Source: an uncultured Candidatus Saccharibacteria bacterium (GTDB taxonomy: Bacteria; Patescibacteriota; Minisyncoccia; Phycocordibacterales; XYD1-FULL-46-19). Taken from it: DNA of 64,000 nucleotides. The stretch covers positions 5,252 to 69,251 of the forward strand of contig CAZXCI010000004.1 of the NCBI GenBank assembly GCA_964639285.1. The letters run 5' to 3'. The translations under genes were made by a program, and so were the position numbers. A model generated the notes under the pieces. That model saw nothing but the letters and a program-made list of their open reading frames with translations, ran no database searches and had not been told where the DNA came from. Below are positions 49,837 to 58,607 of the stretch, one piece after another; position 1 is the first letter of the stretch, and every line of letters begins with the position of its first letter.

Positions 49837-51525
49837 ATGGTTAAGCGTTTTTTGAAGATTTTTAACAGAGAATTTGGCGGCCTACATGAGGCCGCCTTGC
49901 TCTTGGCCTTATCAATGTTTCTTTCTCAGCTTCTGGCGTTGGCTCGCGACCGCTTATTGGCGGGGACTTTTGGAGCCGGCTCAGTTCTTGATGTTTATTA
50001 TAGCGCTTTTCGTCTCCCGGATTTGCTCTATGCAACTATTGCCTCCTTCGTTTCGGTGGCCGTCTTGATACCTTTTTTAGTTGAGCGTTTAGAAAAAGGG
50101 GAGGAGGATTCAGCGCGCAATTTTCTCTCAGCGGTCTTCACTCTCTTCATGCTCATAATGGTTGTCGCTAGTACTGTCGCCTGGGTCTTCATGCCTAGAT
50201 TGGCCCCTTGGTTGGCTCCGGGTTTTGATTTGTCGGCTCAGACTTCAATGATCGAGATGAGTAGAATTCTTCTCTTATCTCCAATTTTGCTTGGCCTGTC
50301 TAACCTTCTTGGCAGTGTAACTCAGGTTTACCGAAGATTTTTTGTTTATTCTCTTAGTCCCATTTTCTATAACTTAGGGATTATCGTTGGGGTTGTCTTT
50401 CTTGTCCCTTTTCTGGGTTCAACTGGTTTGGTTTGGGGGGTGATTTTGGGGGCATTTCTTCATCTGGCTGTTCAATTGCCAGCCCTTAGTTCCGTTGGTT
50501 TTTGGCCTCGCTGGTCTTTGTTGCAAATAAAGATTAATGGCCGACAAATTTATCGGATGATAATGACTTCTTGGCCCAGAACCCTAACTCTTTCTACTAG
50601 CCAATTAGTTATTCTTATTTTTGTCGCGTTGGCCTCCTATTTTGGTCGAGGTTCGATTGCGATTTTTAATTTTGCTTATAACTTGCAATCAGTTCCGCTT
50701 TCTATTGTTGGGATAAGTTATTCAGTTGCGGCTTTTCCCACCTTGTCAAAATATTTTGCCCAGGGACACCTCGATAAGTTTATTGGACAAATAAGTTCGG
50801 CAACTCGACATGTCATTTTCTGGTCTATGCCCGCGATGGTAATGTTTGTTGTTCTTCGGGCCCAGATTATTCGTGTTGTTCTTGGTACGGGCCGTTTTGA
50901 TTGGACAGCAACACGACTCACCGCCGCTTGTCTGGCTCTCTTTGCTTTTTCTGTTTTGGCTCAAAGCTTAATTCTCCTTTTCCTTCGTGGCTATTATGCG
51001 AGCGGACAAACAACGAAGCCTCTTTTGTTAAACTTATTTTCTTCTGCTCTGATGGTTGGAGGGGCGATTGTCCTTAGTTCTTGGTGGCAAGCCGATTCAT
51101 TTTTCCGTCATTTTTGGGAAAATGTTTTACGAGTTGAAGATTTGCCCAATACTTCGGTTCTAGTCTTACCAATAGCTTATTCTCTCGGCACTATTATTAA
51201 TTGTCTCTTACTGGGTGTAGTTTTTGCTTATCAGCATCGTTTCTCGGTCTGGCCAATTATTCGAACTTTCAATGAGACTCTCTGGTCGGCGGTAGCGGGT
51301 GGTTTTGTCGCTCATTATCTCCTTAATATCTTAAGCTCTTTCCTTACTTTAGAATCCTCGGTTGGTATTTTCTTGCAGGGTCTTCTGGCTGGGCTGGGCG
51401 GTTTAGCGGTCAATTTCTTACTCTTGGGGATCCTGGGAAGTGGGGAATTGCGAGAATTGGTTAGTGCAGTGCAACACAAATTCTGGCAAGGCGAAACTAT
51501 TATCCCAGAGCAGTCTGAGCTATAA
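49837..51525 (+). CDS. murJ: lipid II flippase MurJ/MviN
   Basis: 14-TM profile; AALLLALSMFLSQLLALARDRLLA...FRLPDLLY is a MurJ N-terminal signature. Confidence 0.7.
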   Translation: MVKRFLKIFNREFGGLHEAALLLALSMFLSQLLALARDRLLAGTFGAGSVLDVYYSAFRLPDLLYATIASFVSVAVLIPFLVERLEKGEEDSARNFLSAVFTLFMLIMVVASTVAWVFMPRLAPWLAPGFDLSAQTSMIEMSRILLLSPILLGLSNLLGSVTQVYRRFFVYSLSPIFYNLGIIVGVVFLVPFLGSTGLVWGVILGAFLHLAVQLPALSSVGFWPRWSLLQIKINGRQIYRMIMTSWPRTLTLSTSQLVILIFVALASYFGRGSIAIFNFAYNLQSVPLSIVGISYSVAAFPTLSKYFAQGHLDKFIGQISSATRHVIFWSMPAMVMFVVLRAQIIRVVLGTGRFDWTATRLTAACLALFAFSVLAQSLILLFLRGYYASGQTTKPLLLNLFSSALMVGGAIVLSSWWQADSFFRHFWENVLRVEDLPNTSVLVLPIAYSLGTIINCLLLGVVFAYQHRFSVWPIIRTFNETLWSAVAGGFVAHYLLNILSSFLTLESSVGIFLQGLLAGLGGLAVNFLLLGILGSGELRELVSAVQHKFWQGETIIPEQSEL

Positions 51526-51566
51526 TTAGGTTGGTCGCCAGTTATTAGGTAATTATTTTAATAAAT

Positions 51567-52214
51567 ATGGAACAGGTAAACTTGGCTCAACCAGAAAAAA
51601 GAAGTCTTCGTGATAAATTAGAGAGAGCTCTTCGTTTGTCTGTTGTTCCGCTAGTTCTCTTGGCCGCTGGTTGTGGAAGGGATGTAACTTCATCTTCTTT
51701 GGATACTGTTTCCGAAAAACCAAAGATCGGTCTTTCGGAAAAAGAAATGGGGCAGGAAAAATCTGATTCAGAAATATTACTTGAATGTCTTATCAGAGTA
51801 TCGGGCGATTCGCAAAGTGTTGATACTTTAGACAATGGAGATTGGGCGATTTTGATAGGAGACGAGGTCTTTCGTCTCGATGATGAAGCAAAAGAGAAAA
51901 TCTTGTCTACTGCGAAAGAGTATCGCTCAGATAATGATTTGGATTTTAACTTTGAGAAGATTGATATTAAAATTCAGAACTCTAAAGTCAGGAAGGAAAT
52001 TATGGAACTTTGCCCTAAACTGAGTTCTGATGAACTAACCCCTGGGCTTCGGGAAATAATAAAGGTTAGAGAAGAGCTCCGCCAGCTCACTCGGCCTAAA
52101 TCTCAGGGTGGTATCTATGAGACAAAAGATGGGGAGCATTTTCTCCAAGAAGAAGGGGGTGATCATATTCATGCTGAGATTAAGACTAATCCAGACGCTA
52201 AAGACTTTTTGTAA
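51567..52214 (+). CDS. putative lipoprotein
   Basis: Signal plus lipobox LLAAGCG. Confidence 0.45.
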   Translation: MEQVNLAQPEKRSLRDKLERALRLSVVPLVLLAAGCGRDVTSSSLDTVSEKPKIGLSEKEMGQEKSDSEILLECLIRVSGDSQSVDTLDNGDWAILIGDEVFRLDDEAKEKILSTAKEYRSDNDLDFNFEKIDIKIQNSKVRKEIMELCPKLSSDELTPGLREIIKVREELRQLTRPKSQGGIYETKDGEHFLQEEGGDHIHAEIKTNPDAKDFL

Positions 52215-52219
52215 AGATT

Positions 52220-52534
52220 ATGGATCAGGCAATTGATGAAAATTTAAAAGCAGAAATCATCAGTGACTTAGGAATTAAGGAGCTGACTTCTTTTGAACAA
52301 GAAGCGATTATTGCTGAGCTCGAAGAGAAAATTATTGAACAAGTAAATTCGATTATTCTCGATCGTCTTACACAAGAAGAGAAAGAGGAATTAGAAAATT
52401 TAAGTGAAGATGAGGAGATCACTCTTTTCCTACAGAAAACGATCTCCGATCTCGATCAGGTCAAACAAGAGGCGGCTCTCTGGGTGGTCAAAAATTGGCG
52501 CCAAGAATTTGCTAAAAAGGCCCAAGAAATGTAA
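52220..52534 (+). CDS. acidic hypothetical protein
   Basis: 104 aa, Glu-rich, co-directional between the lipoprotein gene and lepA. Confidence 0.35.
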   Translation: MDQAIDENLKAEIISDLGIKELTSFEQEAIIAELEEKIIEQVNSIILDRLTQEEKEELENLSEDEEITLFLQKTISDLDQVKQEAALWVVKNWRQEFAKKAQEM

Positions 52535-52537
52535 GAT

Positions 52538-54334
52538 TTGTTTTCTATGGACCTAAAACATATCCGAAACTTTAGTATTATTGCCCACATTGATCACGGG
52601 AAGTCGACTCTGGCTGACCGTCTTTTAGAGATTACTGGAACAGTAGTCAAGCGCCAGATGAAAGAACAATTCCTCGATATGATGGAACTTGAGCGTGAAC
52701 GGGGGATTACAATCAAAATGCAGCCGGTGCGAATGACTTGGCAAGGTTATGAGATGAATTTGATTGATACACCTGGTCATATTGATTTCTCTTATGAGGT
52801 CTCACGAGCACTAAAGGCGGTGGAAGGAGTCTTGCTTTTGGTTGACGCTACCCAGGGAGTTCAGGCTCAAACCTTTACGGTCTTAGCGATGGCCCGGGAA
52901 TTGGGCCTTACCATTATCCCAGTTTTGAATAAAATTGACTTGCCCATGGCTCGAGTCGAAGAGGCAAAATTAGAAATTATTAAATTACTTAATTGTGAGG
53001 CAGATGACATTTTGGCAGTTTCTGGTAAAACTGGTGAGGGAGCAGAGCAACTCCTCGATGAAATAATAAGAAAGATTCCTCCGCCAATCTCTGAATATCC
53101 TGAGACCGATAGTCTTCGTTCTCTTGTTTTTGATTTTGAGTACTCAACACACAAAGGGATTATTGTTTATGTTCGAGTTCTTGACGGTCTGGTAAAAAAG
53201 GGTGACCAATTAGTTTTTAGTGCTGCTCGGGAAAAATTCACAGTTCAAGAAATCGGTATCTTTAGCCCAAACAAAGAGCCTACTAGCAAATTGTCGGCTG
53301 GCGAAATTGGTTATATTGTCACGGGGATAAAAGAAAGAGGGCAGGCCCGTGTTGGCGAGACAATTACTAAGAATATTCATTCCCTACCGGCGATTGCGGG
53401 CTATATGTTGCCACGGTCGGTGGTTTGGGCTTCTGTCTATCCTGAGAGCCAGGATGATTTTCCTCTTCTTAAGCAATCACTTGAACGTCTTAATCTTCAA
53501 GATGCGGCATTGTCTTTTGAGGAAGAATATTCTGGAGCTCTCGGTCGAGGCTTTCGTTGTGGTTTCTTAGGCATGCTTCACTTGGAGATCATCACTGAGC
53601 GTTTGCGGCGAGAATTTAATCTCGAACTTGTTGTCACTACCCCTACGATCAGTTACGAAATTATTGACAAGAAAACCGGGAAATCAGAGATTGCCTATTC
53701 CCCTCATCTTTTTCCTAAAGAGATTAAAGATAAATTGATAAAGGAGCCCTGGATCAAAGTCAAAATCATTACTCCTCAAATTTACATGGGTCCGATCATG
53801 ACTCTACTCTATGATCATGAGGCGACGATTTTGGAGACTCAGAACTTTGGTGATGATCGGATGGCTTTCGACCTTGATATGCCCTTACGGGAGTTAATGC
53901 GCAATTTTTTTGACGAAGTGAAGAGCGTTTCTTCAGGCTTTGCTTCGCTCTCATATGAAATTGGTGATAAAAAAGAAGCTGATGTTGTGCGTCTTGATGT
54001 CTTATTAAACGAGGAATTGATGGCTGCTTTTTCTCGTATTGTTCCGCGGCGTCGAGCTGAGAAGGAGGCGGAAGAGATGGCCGATAAGTTAAAAGAATTT
54101 TTACCTCGTCAGATGATTATTATCAAAATTCAGGTTGAGGGAATGGGGCGAATTATTGCTTCTCGTTCAATCTCAGCTATGAAAAAGGATGTTACAGGTT
54201 ATCTTTATGGCGGAGATATTACGAGGAAGATGAAATTACGAGAGAAACAAAAGAAGGGAAAGAAGAAAATGCAGTCGCATGGCACAGTAAATGTCCCACA
54301 TGAAGTTTTCCTCAAGATGATGAAGTCTAATTGA
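52538..54334 (+). CDS. lepA: elongation factor 4 (LepA)
   Basis: IRNFSIIAHIDHGKSTLADRLL; DTPGHIDF; NKID; C-terminal LepA domain. Confidence 0.9.
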   Translation: MFSMDLKHIRNFSIIAHIDHGKSTLADRLLEITGTVVKRQMKEQFLDMMELERERGITIKMQPVRMTWQGYEMNLIDTPGHIDFSYEVSRALKAVEGVLLLVDATQGVQAQTFTVLAMARELGLTIIPVLNKIDLPMARVEEAKLEIIKLLNCEADDILAVSGKTGEGAEQLLDEIIRKIPPPISEYPETDSLRSLVFDFEYSTHKGIIVYVRVLDGLVKKGDQLVFSAAREKFTVQEIGIFSPNKEPTSKLSAGEIGYIVTGIKERGQARVGETITKNIHSLPAIAGYMLPRSVVWASVYPESQDDFPLLKQSLERLNLQDAALSFEEEYSGALGRGFRCGFLGMLHLEIITERLRREFNLELVVTTPTISYEIIDKKTGKSEIAYSPHLFPKEIKDKLIKEPWIKVKIITPQIYMGPIMTLLYDHEATILETQNFGDDRMAFDLDMPLRELMRNFFDEVKSVSSGFASLSYEIGDKKEADVVRLDVLLNEELMAAFSRIVPRRRAEKEAEEMADKLKEFLPRQMIIIKIQVEGMGRIIASRSISAMKKDVTGYLYGGDITRKMKLREKQKKGKKKMQSHGTVNVPHEVFLKMMKSN

Positions 54335-54488
54335 GGGTTATTATCGCCAGAAGGCTGGCAAGTAGAGCAAAAGCATGCTCAGAATCACCAAAACGCCGAC
54401 GACGGAGGAAATTATCCTAAGATATTTTCTTTGTTTCTTACCGTAAAACATAATATAATTCACTCAGTAGTATATTATTTTTCTGATC

Positions 54489-54845
54489 ATGATACAAGGG
54501 AAAAAAGTAAACAAAAAAAACTGGTCCGAGATTCTAACTCTGTTGGGGTTAATCATCATTTTGTTGTTCGTCCTTCGAGCAACTTGGGGTTTGTATCGCA
54601 AGAGTCAGATGGCGAGGGAAAATCTGCAAGCTTCAGCCGAGAGGGTGGCCAAGTTAGAGGAACGGCAGGTTATTCTGCGGGAGAAAATTGAGAGACTGAA
54701 GACTCCTCGAGGAATAGAAGAGGAAATCCGTAATAATTACCCAGTAGTTAAAGAGGGAGAACAAGTTATCAATATTGTCGAGACCGAGGCTCAGCTTGGA
54801 ACGACAACGGCTCCTGTTGAGAAGCATTGGTGGCAAATATTTTAA
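54489..54845 (+). CDS. FtsB/DivIC-like septum formation initiator
   Basis: Single N-terminal TM followed by a coiled coil (ASAERVAKLEERQVILREKIERLK). Confidence 0.45.
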   Translation: MIQGKKVNKKNWSEILTLLGLIIILLFVLRATWGLYRKSQMARENLQASAERVAKLEERQVILREKIERLKTPRGIEEEIRNNYPVVKEGEQVINIVETEAQLGTTTAPVEKHWWQIF

Positions 54846-54867
54846 TTTTAGGTAGAATATAAGGCAA

Positions 54868-54940
54868 GCGGAATTGGTTCAGTGGTAGAACATGTGCTTC
54901 CCAAGCATAAGACGCGGGTCCGATTCCCGCATTCCGCACC
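54868..54940 (+). tRNA. tRNA-Gly (CCC)
   Basis: GCGGAAT pairs with ATTCCGC; anticodon loop TTCCCAA; T-loop GGGTCCGATTCCC. Confidence 0.75.
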
Positions 54941-54943
54941 CCT

Positions 54944-55237
54944 ATGACTCAAAATTTTAAACGTCGGATTGAGAACTTTGTTTGTGAGAATTGTGGCGAA
55001 AAGGTGGCGGGCAACGGCTTCACTAACCATTGTCCGTGCTGTCTCTTTAGCAAACATGTTGATATTATGCCTGGTGATCGGGCGGAGGAGTGCGGGGGCC
55101 TAATGGAGCCGATTGGGCTTGAGTTGGAGAAGGGAAAATATGTCATTACTCAAAAATGTCTCAAATGTGGTCGAATTTGGCGCAATGAGTCTCGACCCGA
55201 GGATGACATTAGCCAATTTTTGACAAGTTTGTTATAA
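54944..55237 (+). CDS. RNHCP-domain zinc-binding protein
   Basis: CENCGEK...FTNHCPCC...CLKCGRIW matches the RNHCP domain. Confidence 0.55.
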   Translation: MTQNFKRRIENFVCENCGEKVAGNGFTNHCPCCLFSKHVDIMPGDRAEECGGLMEPIGLELEKGKYVITQKCLKCGRIWRNESRPEDDISQFLTSLL

Positions 55238-55246
55238 TAGAAATCT

Positions 55247-55480
55247 ATGAAAAAAGTAGAAATTTACACTTCGCCAACTTGCCATTATTGTCATATGGCT
55301 AAGGATTTCTTTACTAGGAATTCTATTGCCTATGAGGAGTTTGATGTTATGGCCGATATTAATAAACGTCAGGAGATGATCGAGAAGAGTGGTCAGATGG
55401 GGGTGCCGGTTATTGTCATTGACGATCAGGTTATGGTCGGTTTTGATGAAGGGCATCTCAAGTCTGTTTTGGGCCTCTAG
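55247..55480 (+). CDS. glutaredoxin/NrdH-like redoxin
   Basis: CHYC (CxxC) active site; ...GVPVIVIDDQVMVGFD thioredoxin fold. Confidence 0.7.
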   Translation: MKKVEIYTSPTCHYCHMAKDFFTRNSIAYEEFDVMADINKRQEMIEKSGQMGVPVIVIDDQVMVGFDEGHLKSVLGL

Positions 55481-55547
55481 TTTGCTTCTGGGCGCTAATA
55501 TGTCAAAATAAGGGTGGCCAAACCGGCTACCCTTTAACGTTTTTATT

Positions 55548-55619
55548 GCCCCCGTAGTTCAATGGATAGAACAGCCCCGTCCTAAGGGGTAGATGTCAGT
55601 TCGATTCTGGCTGGGGGCA
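55548..55619 (+). tRNA. tRNA-Arg (CCT)
   Basis: GCCCCCG pairs with TGGGGGC; anticodon loop gTCCTAa; T-loop AGTTCGATTCT; an imperfect hairpin plus T-run upstream at ~55510-55546 is a probable terminator. Confidence 0.65.
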
Positions 55620-55620
55620 C

Positions 55621-56886
55621 ATGGTAAAAGACTTATTTGAGCAGAATATTGGCTACAAGGGGGCGCCACTGGCTGATAGGTTAAGACCGGGGGAATTGGC
55701 TGATTTTGTCGGCCAAGATGAGGTGATTAGTGAGGGGAAACTTCTCCGTCAATTGATTGAGAAGGATGAGGTGCCCTCTCTTGTCCTCTGGGGGCCACCA
55801 GGTTGCGGTAAGACCACGCTGGCCCGAATTATTGCTCAAATTACCGGGGCCGAGTTTATAGCTCTGCCAGCGGTCACTTCTGGCGTGGCTGAATTACGTG
55901 CCGTGATTAAGAAGGCTCAGGACAGAAGGAAATTTAATAATAAAAAGACAATTCTTTTTATTGATGAAGTTCACCGTTGGAATAAGGCTCAGCAAGATGC
56001 CCTTCTCCCTCACGTTGAGACTGGAACGGTGACCTTAATTGGCGCGACAACAGAAAATCCGAGCTTCGAAGTTAATTCGGCCCTCTTGTCTCGTTGCCGT
56101 GTCTTTGTCTTTGGCCAATTAGATGAGTCGGCAATTTTGAAGATTTTAAACAGAGCTCTAAAAGATAAGGAGAGAGGTTTGGGTTTGTTGAAAATTAAAG
56201 TTGACAAAAAGACTTTAGAATTTTTGGCTAAGGCCTCAGACGGTGACGCGCGGAATGCTCTCAATGCCCTTGAGCTGGCCTCAAAGATCGCTAAACCAAA
56301 CAAAGGGGGTCAATTAGAGATTGATAAGAATTTAGCAAAAGAGTCATTGCAAAAATCTCATCTGCTTTATGATAAAAAAGGGGATGAGCATTATAATATT
56401 ATCTCTGCTTTGCACAAATCGCTACGGGGGAGCAATGCTGATGCCGCTCTTTATTGGCTGGCTAGGATGATTGAAGGTGGAGAGGATCCACTTTATGTGG
56501 CTCGCCGTTTGGTGCGCTTTGCTAGTGAAGATGTTGGTTTGGCTAATTCGCAAGCGCTCACGCAAGCGGTGGCCGGCTATCAGGCTTGCCACTTTATTGG
56601 GCTACCGGAGTGCAATGTGATCTTGGCTCAAGTTGTTGTCTATCTTGCTAAATGTAAAAAAAGTAATGAACTCTATGAAGCTTATCTCGCTGTTCAAAAA
56701 GATGTGAAAGAGACAATGAATGAGCCGGTCCCTATCCATCTTCGAAATTCTCCGACCAAATTAATGAAAGATCTTGGCTTTGGTAAGGATTACAAATACA
56801 GTCCGGACTTCAATTATGAAGAAATCCAGGACTATTTACCGAAGAAGTTAAAGGGTAAAAAATATTTGAAAAACGGGCCCGAATAA
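55621..56886 (+). CDS. rarA: replication-associated recombination protein A (RarA/MgsA AAA+ ATPase)
   Basis: LVLWGPPGCGKTTLARIIA; FIDEVHRWNKAQQDALLP; C-terminal MgsA domain. Confidence 0.85.
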   Translation: MVKDLFEQNIGYKGAPLADRLRPGELADFVGQDEVISEGKLLRQLIEKDEVPSLVLWGPPGCGKTTLARIIAQITGAEFIALPAVTSGVAELRAVIKKAQDRRKFNNKKTILFIDEVHRWNKAQQDALLPHVETGTVTLIGATTENPSFEVNSALLSRCRVFVFGQLDESAILKILNRALKDKERGLGLLKIKVDKKTLEFLAKASDGDARNALNALELASKIAKPNKGGQLEIDKNLAKESLQKSHLLYDKKGDEHYNIISALHKSLRGSNADAALYWLARMIEGGEDPLYVARRLVRFASEDVGLANSQALTQAVAGYQACHFIGLPECNVILAQVVVYLAKCKKSNELYEAYLAVQKDVKETMNEPVPIHLRNSPTKLMKDLGFGKDYKYSPDFNYEEIQDYLPKKLKGKKYLKNGPE

Positions 56887-56903
56887 CCTATAATCTAAGT
56901 ATT

Positions 56904-56979
56904 GCCCAGGTAGCTCAGTTGGTAGAGCATTTCCCTGAAGAGGAAGGGGTCGCCAGTTCGAGCCTGGCCCTGGGCACCA
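56904..56979 (+). tRNA. tRNA-Phe (GAA), CCA encoded
   Basis: GCCCAGGTAGCTCAGTTGGTAGAGC...CTGAAGA...GGTCGCCAGTTCGAGCCTGGCCCTGGGCACCA. Confidence 0.85.
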
Positions 56980-56991
56980 GAAAAGAAAAAA

Positions 56992-57021
56992 ACCTCGCCA
57001 AGTCTGGCGGGTTTTTTTTCT
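56992..57021. terminator. bidirectional rho-independent terminator
   Basis: CGCCAagtcTGGCGGGTTTTTTTTC. Confidence 0.7.
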
Positions 57022-57028
57022 TATGTTT

Positions 57029-57283
57029 TTATTGTCCTGGTAAGACACTAATACTTGTATCGCTTAGGGTGCCAAGGAGTTCAGAATAGGTGCTAAAAAG
57101 GTCCTCAATTAGGGGCTGAATATAGTATAAGGCTCCAAGAGTTGTCCCGATGACAATAATCCATTTGATTATATTAAGCCAACGGGCCCATTTCTGGTAC
57201 CAGACAAGCTTATTGAGAAGCTTGTTATTTTCTTTGTTAACTTCTAAATCTTCTTTGATTAATTTTTTTGTCTCTTCGTCCAT
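57029..57283 (-). CDS. small membrane hypothetical protein
   Basis: 84 aa, one TM (WIIVIGTTLGALYYI). Confidence 0.35.
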   Translation of the reverse strand: MDEETKKLIKEDLEVNKENNKLLNKLVWYQKWARWLNIIKWIIVIGTTLGALYYIQPLIEDLFSTYSELLGTLSDTSISVLPGQ

Positions 57284-57289
57284 GCTGTC

Positions 57290-57787
57290 TTATAGTGATC
57301 GAACCTTGATCTTTTGTGTTCGTTCCTTATCAATCTTTGGCATGCGGAGAGTCAGGAGACCATTTTTTTCATAAGCTTCAGATTCTGATGGTTCGACTTC
57401 GCAAGGAAGAAGAATCTTCCGCGAGAAGGAGCCCCAATAAAGTTCTTTCATAAAATAACCATCACCTTCAACCTCGCTGGCTTTATGACGACGGCCTTCA
57501 ATATTGACCATTTCTCGGGTGATAGAGACATTAAGGTCTTCAGATTTCACTCCGGCGATCATGGCTTGAATGACGATGTCGCTGTCTGTTTGATAAACGT
57601 CTACCGAAAGTTCCCCCACTTCTTCAACAGCCGGCTCCTCTTCATCTAACCAGCCGTTCTTACCATTGACTTTAATTTTAGGAGAAAAGGCTTTTTCTAG
57701 GGGGCGAGTTTCAATCTCCTCCTCATCATTTACCGAAATACTGCCAGTAATTCTCTCAAAGAATGAACGCTTATCTTTGTTGAACAT
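57290..57787 (-). CDS. Hsp20/alpha-crystallin small heat-shock protein (second copy)
   Basis: ACD (LSVDVYQTDSDIVIQAMIAGV...GSFSRKILLP...GLLTLRMPK). Confidence 0.75.
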   Translation of the reverse strand: MFNKDKRSFFERITGSISVNDEEEIETRPLEKAFSPKIKVNGKNGWLDEEEPAVEEVGELSVDVYQTDSDIVIQAMIAGVKSEDLNVSITREMVNIEGRRHKASEVEGDGYFMKELYWGSFSRKILLPCEVEPSESEAYEKNGLLTLRMPKIDKERTQKIKVRSL

Positions 57788-57791
57788 ATTT

Positions 57792-58583
57792 TTAATTCGT
57801 TATGGACTTAGTAATAATTCTGGCCCGAGCCAGCTTTTTAACAATTTCAAAAAGGAAGACAACAAACATTGCAAATATCCAAAGAACGAGGAGAACACAA
57901 AAAACATTACCCCCTTCATTCACAATTATAAAGAAGTTGAAGAGGGTGTGCAAGATGGTGGCGACCAGTAAACCGAGAAAACCACTTAAGAATTTTATTT
58001 TTTTTGAGCGATAGAAACTAAAGCTTAAGAATGCCCCCATGGTGGCGGAGGTAACGGTGTGGAGGAGGGTCGCTCCTAAGAAGCGAAGGTTGCCAGTGAG
58101 GAGAAAGGAGTCCAAGGCAAAGTTGTCAGTATGCAAAACATTGAGAAGGAAAAGGAAGTTTTCAACCGCGGCAAAACCGAGGGCGGCGGTAATCATATAA
58201 ATCATGGCGTCGACCGGCTCATCAAAGTTTTTGTTCTTAAGGGCGGCAACGTGGGCGGCGGCATATTTTACAAATTCTTCGATCAGAGACCAGGCGATAA
58301 GGGGCCAACTAACAAAGAAGATTAAAGTCCAAGAAAAATTTTTTTGCCAGACGTCGAGGATTTGATCAACAAGGTTACTGTCTGGGGCGACCAACTTCTC
58401 AAGTAAAAAGGCGGCGAGAATGAAGAAACCCCCGATAATGAATGTTTTCATTATCAGACGTGCCGGTTCTGGCTTCTTTTTGTCCTCATGAAGCCAAAAC
58501 CACAGCCAAAAAATTGTTGGCAAAAAACCACCCAAAATTGCGAGTAATAAAAATAAACTTATCTGGCTAGCGCCACCAGTCAT
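57792..58583 (-). CDS. PrsW-family intramembrane metalloprotease
   Basis: Multi-TM; EEFVKYAAA and FAAVENFLF match the PrsW EExxK / FxxxENxxY motifs. Confidence 0.55.
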   Translation of the reverse strand: MTGGASQISLFLLLAILGGFLPTIFWLWFWLHEDKKKPEPARLIMKTFIIGGFFILAAFLLEKLVAPDSNLVDQILDVWQKNFSWTLIFFVSWPLIAWSLIEEFVKYAAAHVAALKNKNFDEPVDAMIYMITAALGFAAVENFLFLLNVLHTDNFALDSFLLTGNLRFLGATLLHTVTSATMGAFLSFSFYRSKKIKFLSGFLGLLVATILHTLFNFFIIVNEGGNVFCVLLVLWIFAMFVVFLFEIVKKLARARIITKSITN

Positions 58584-58607
58584 GCTTCCTAGATTATAGC
58601 ATGAAGA

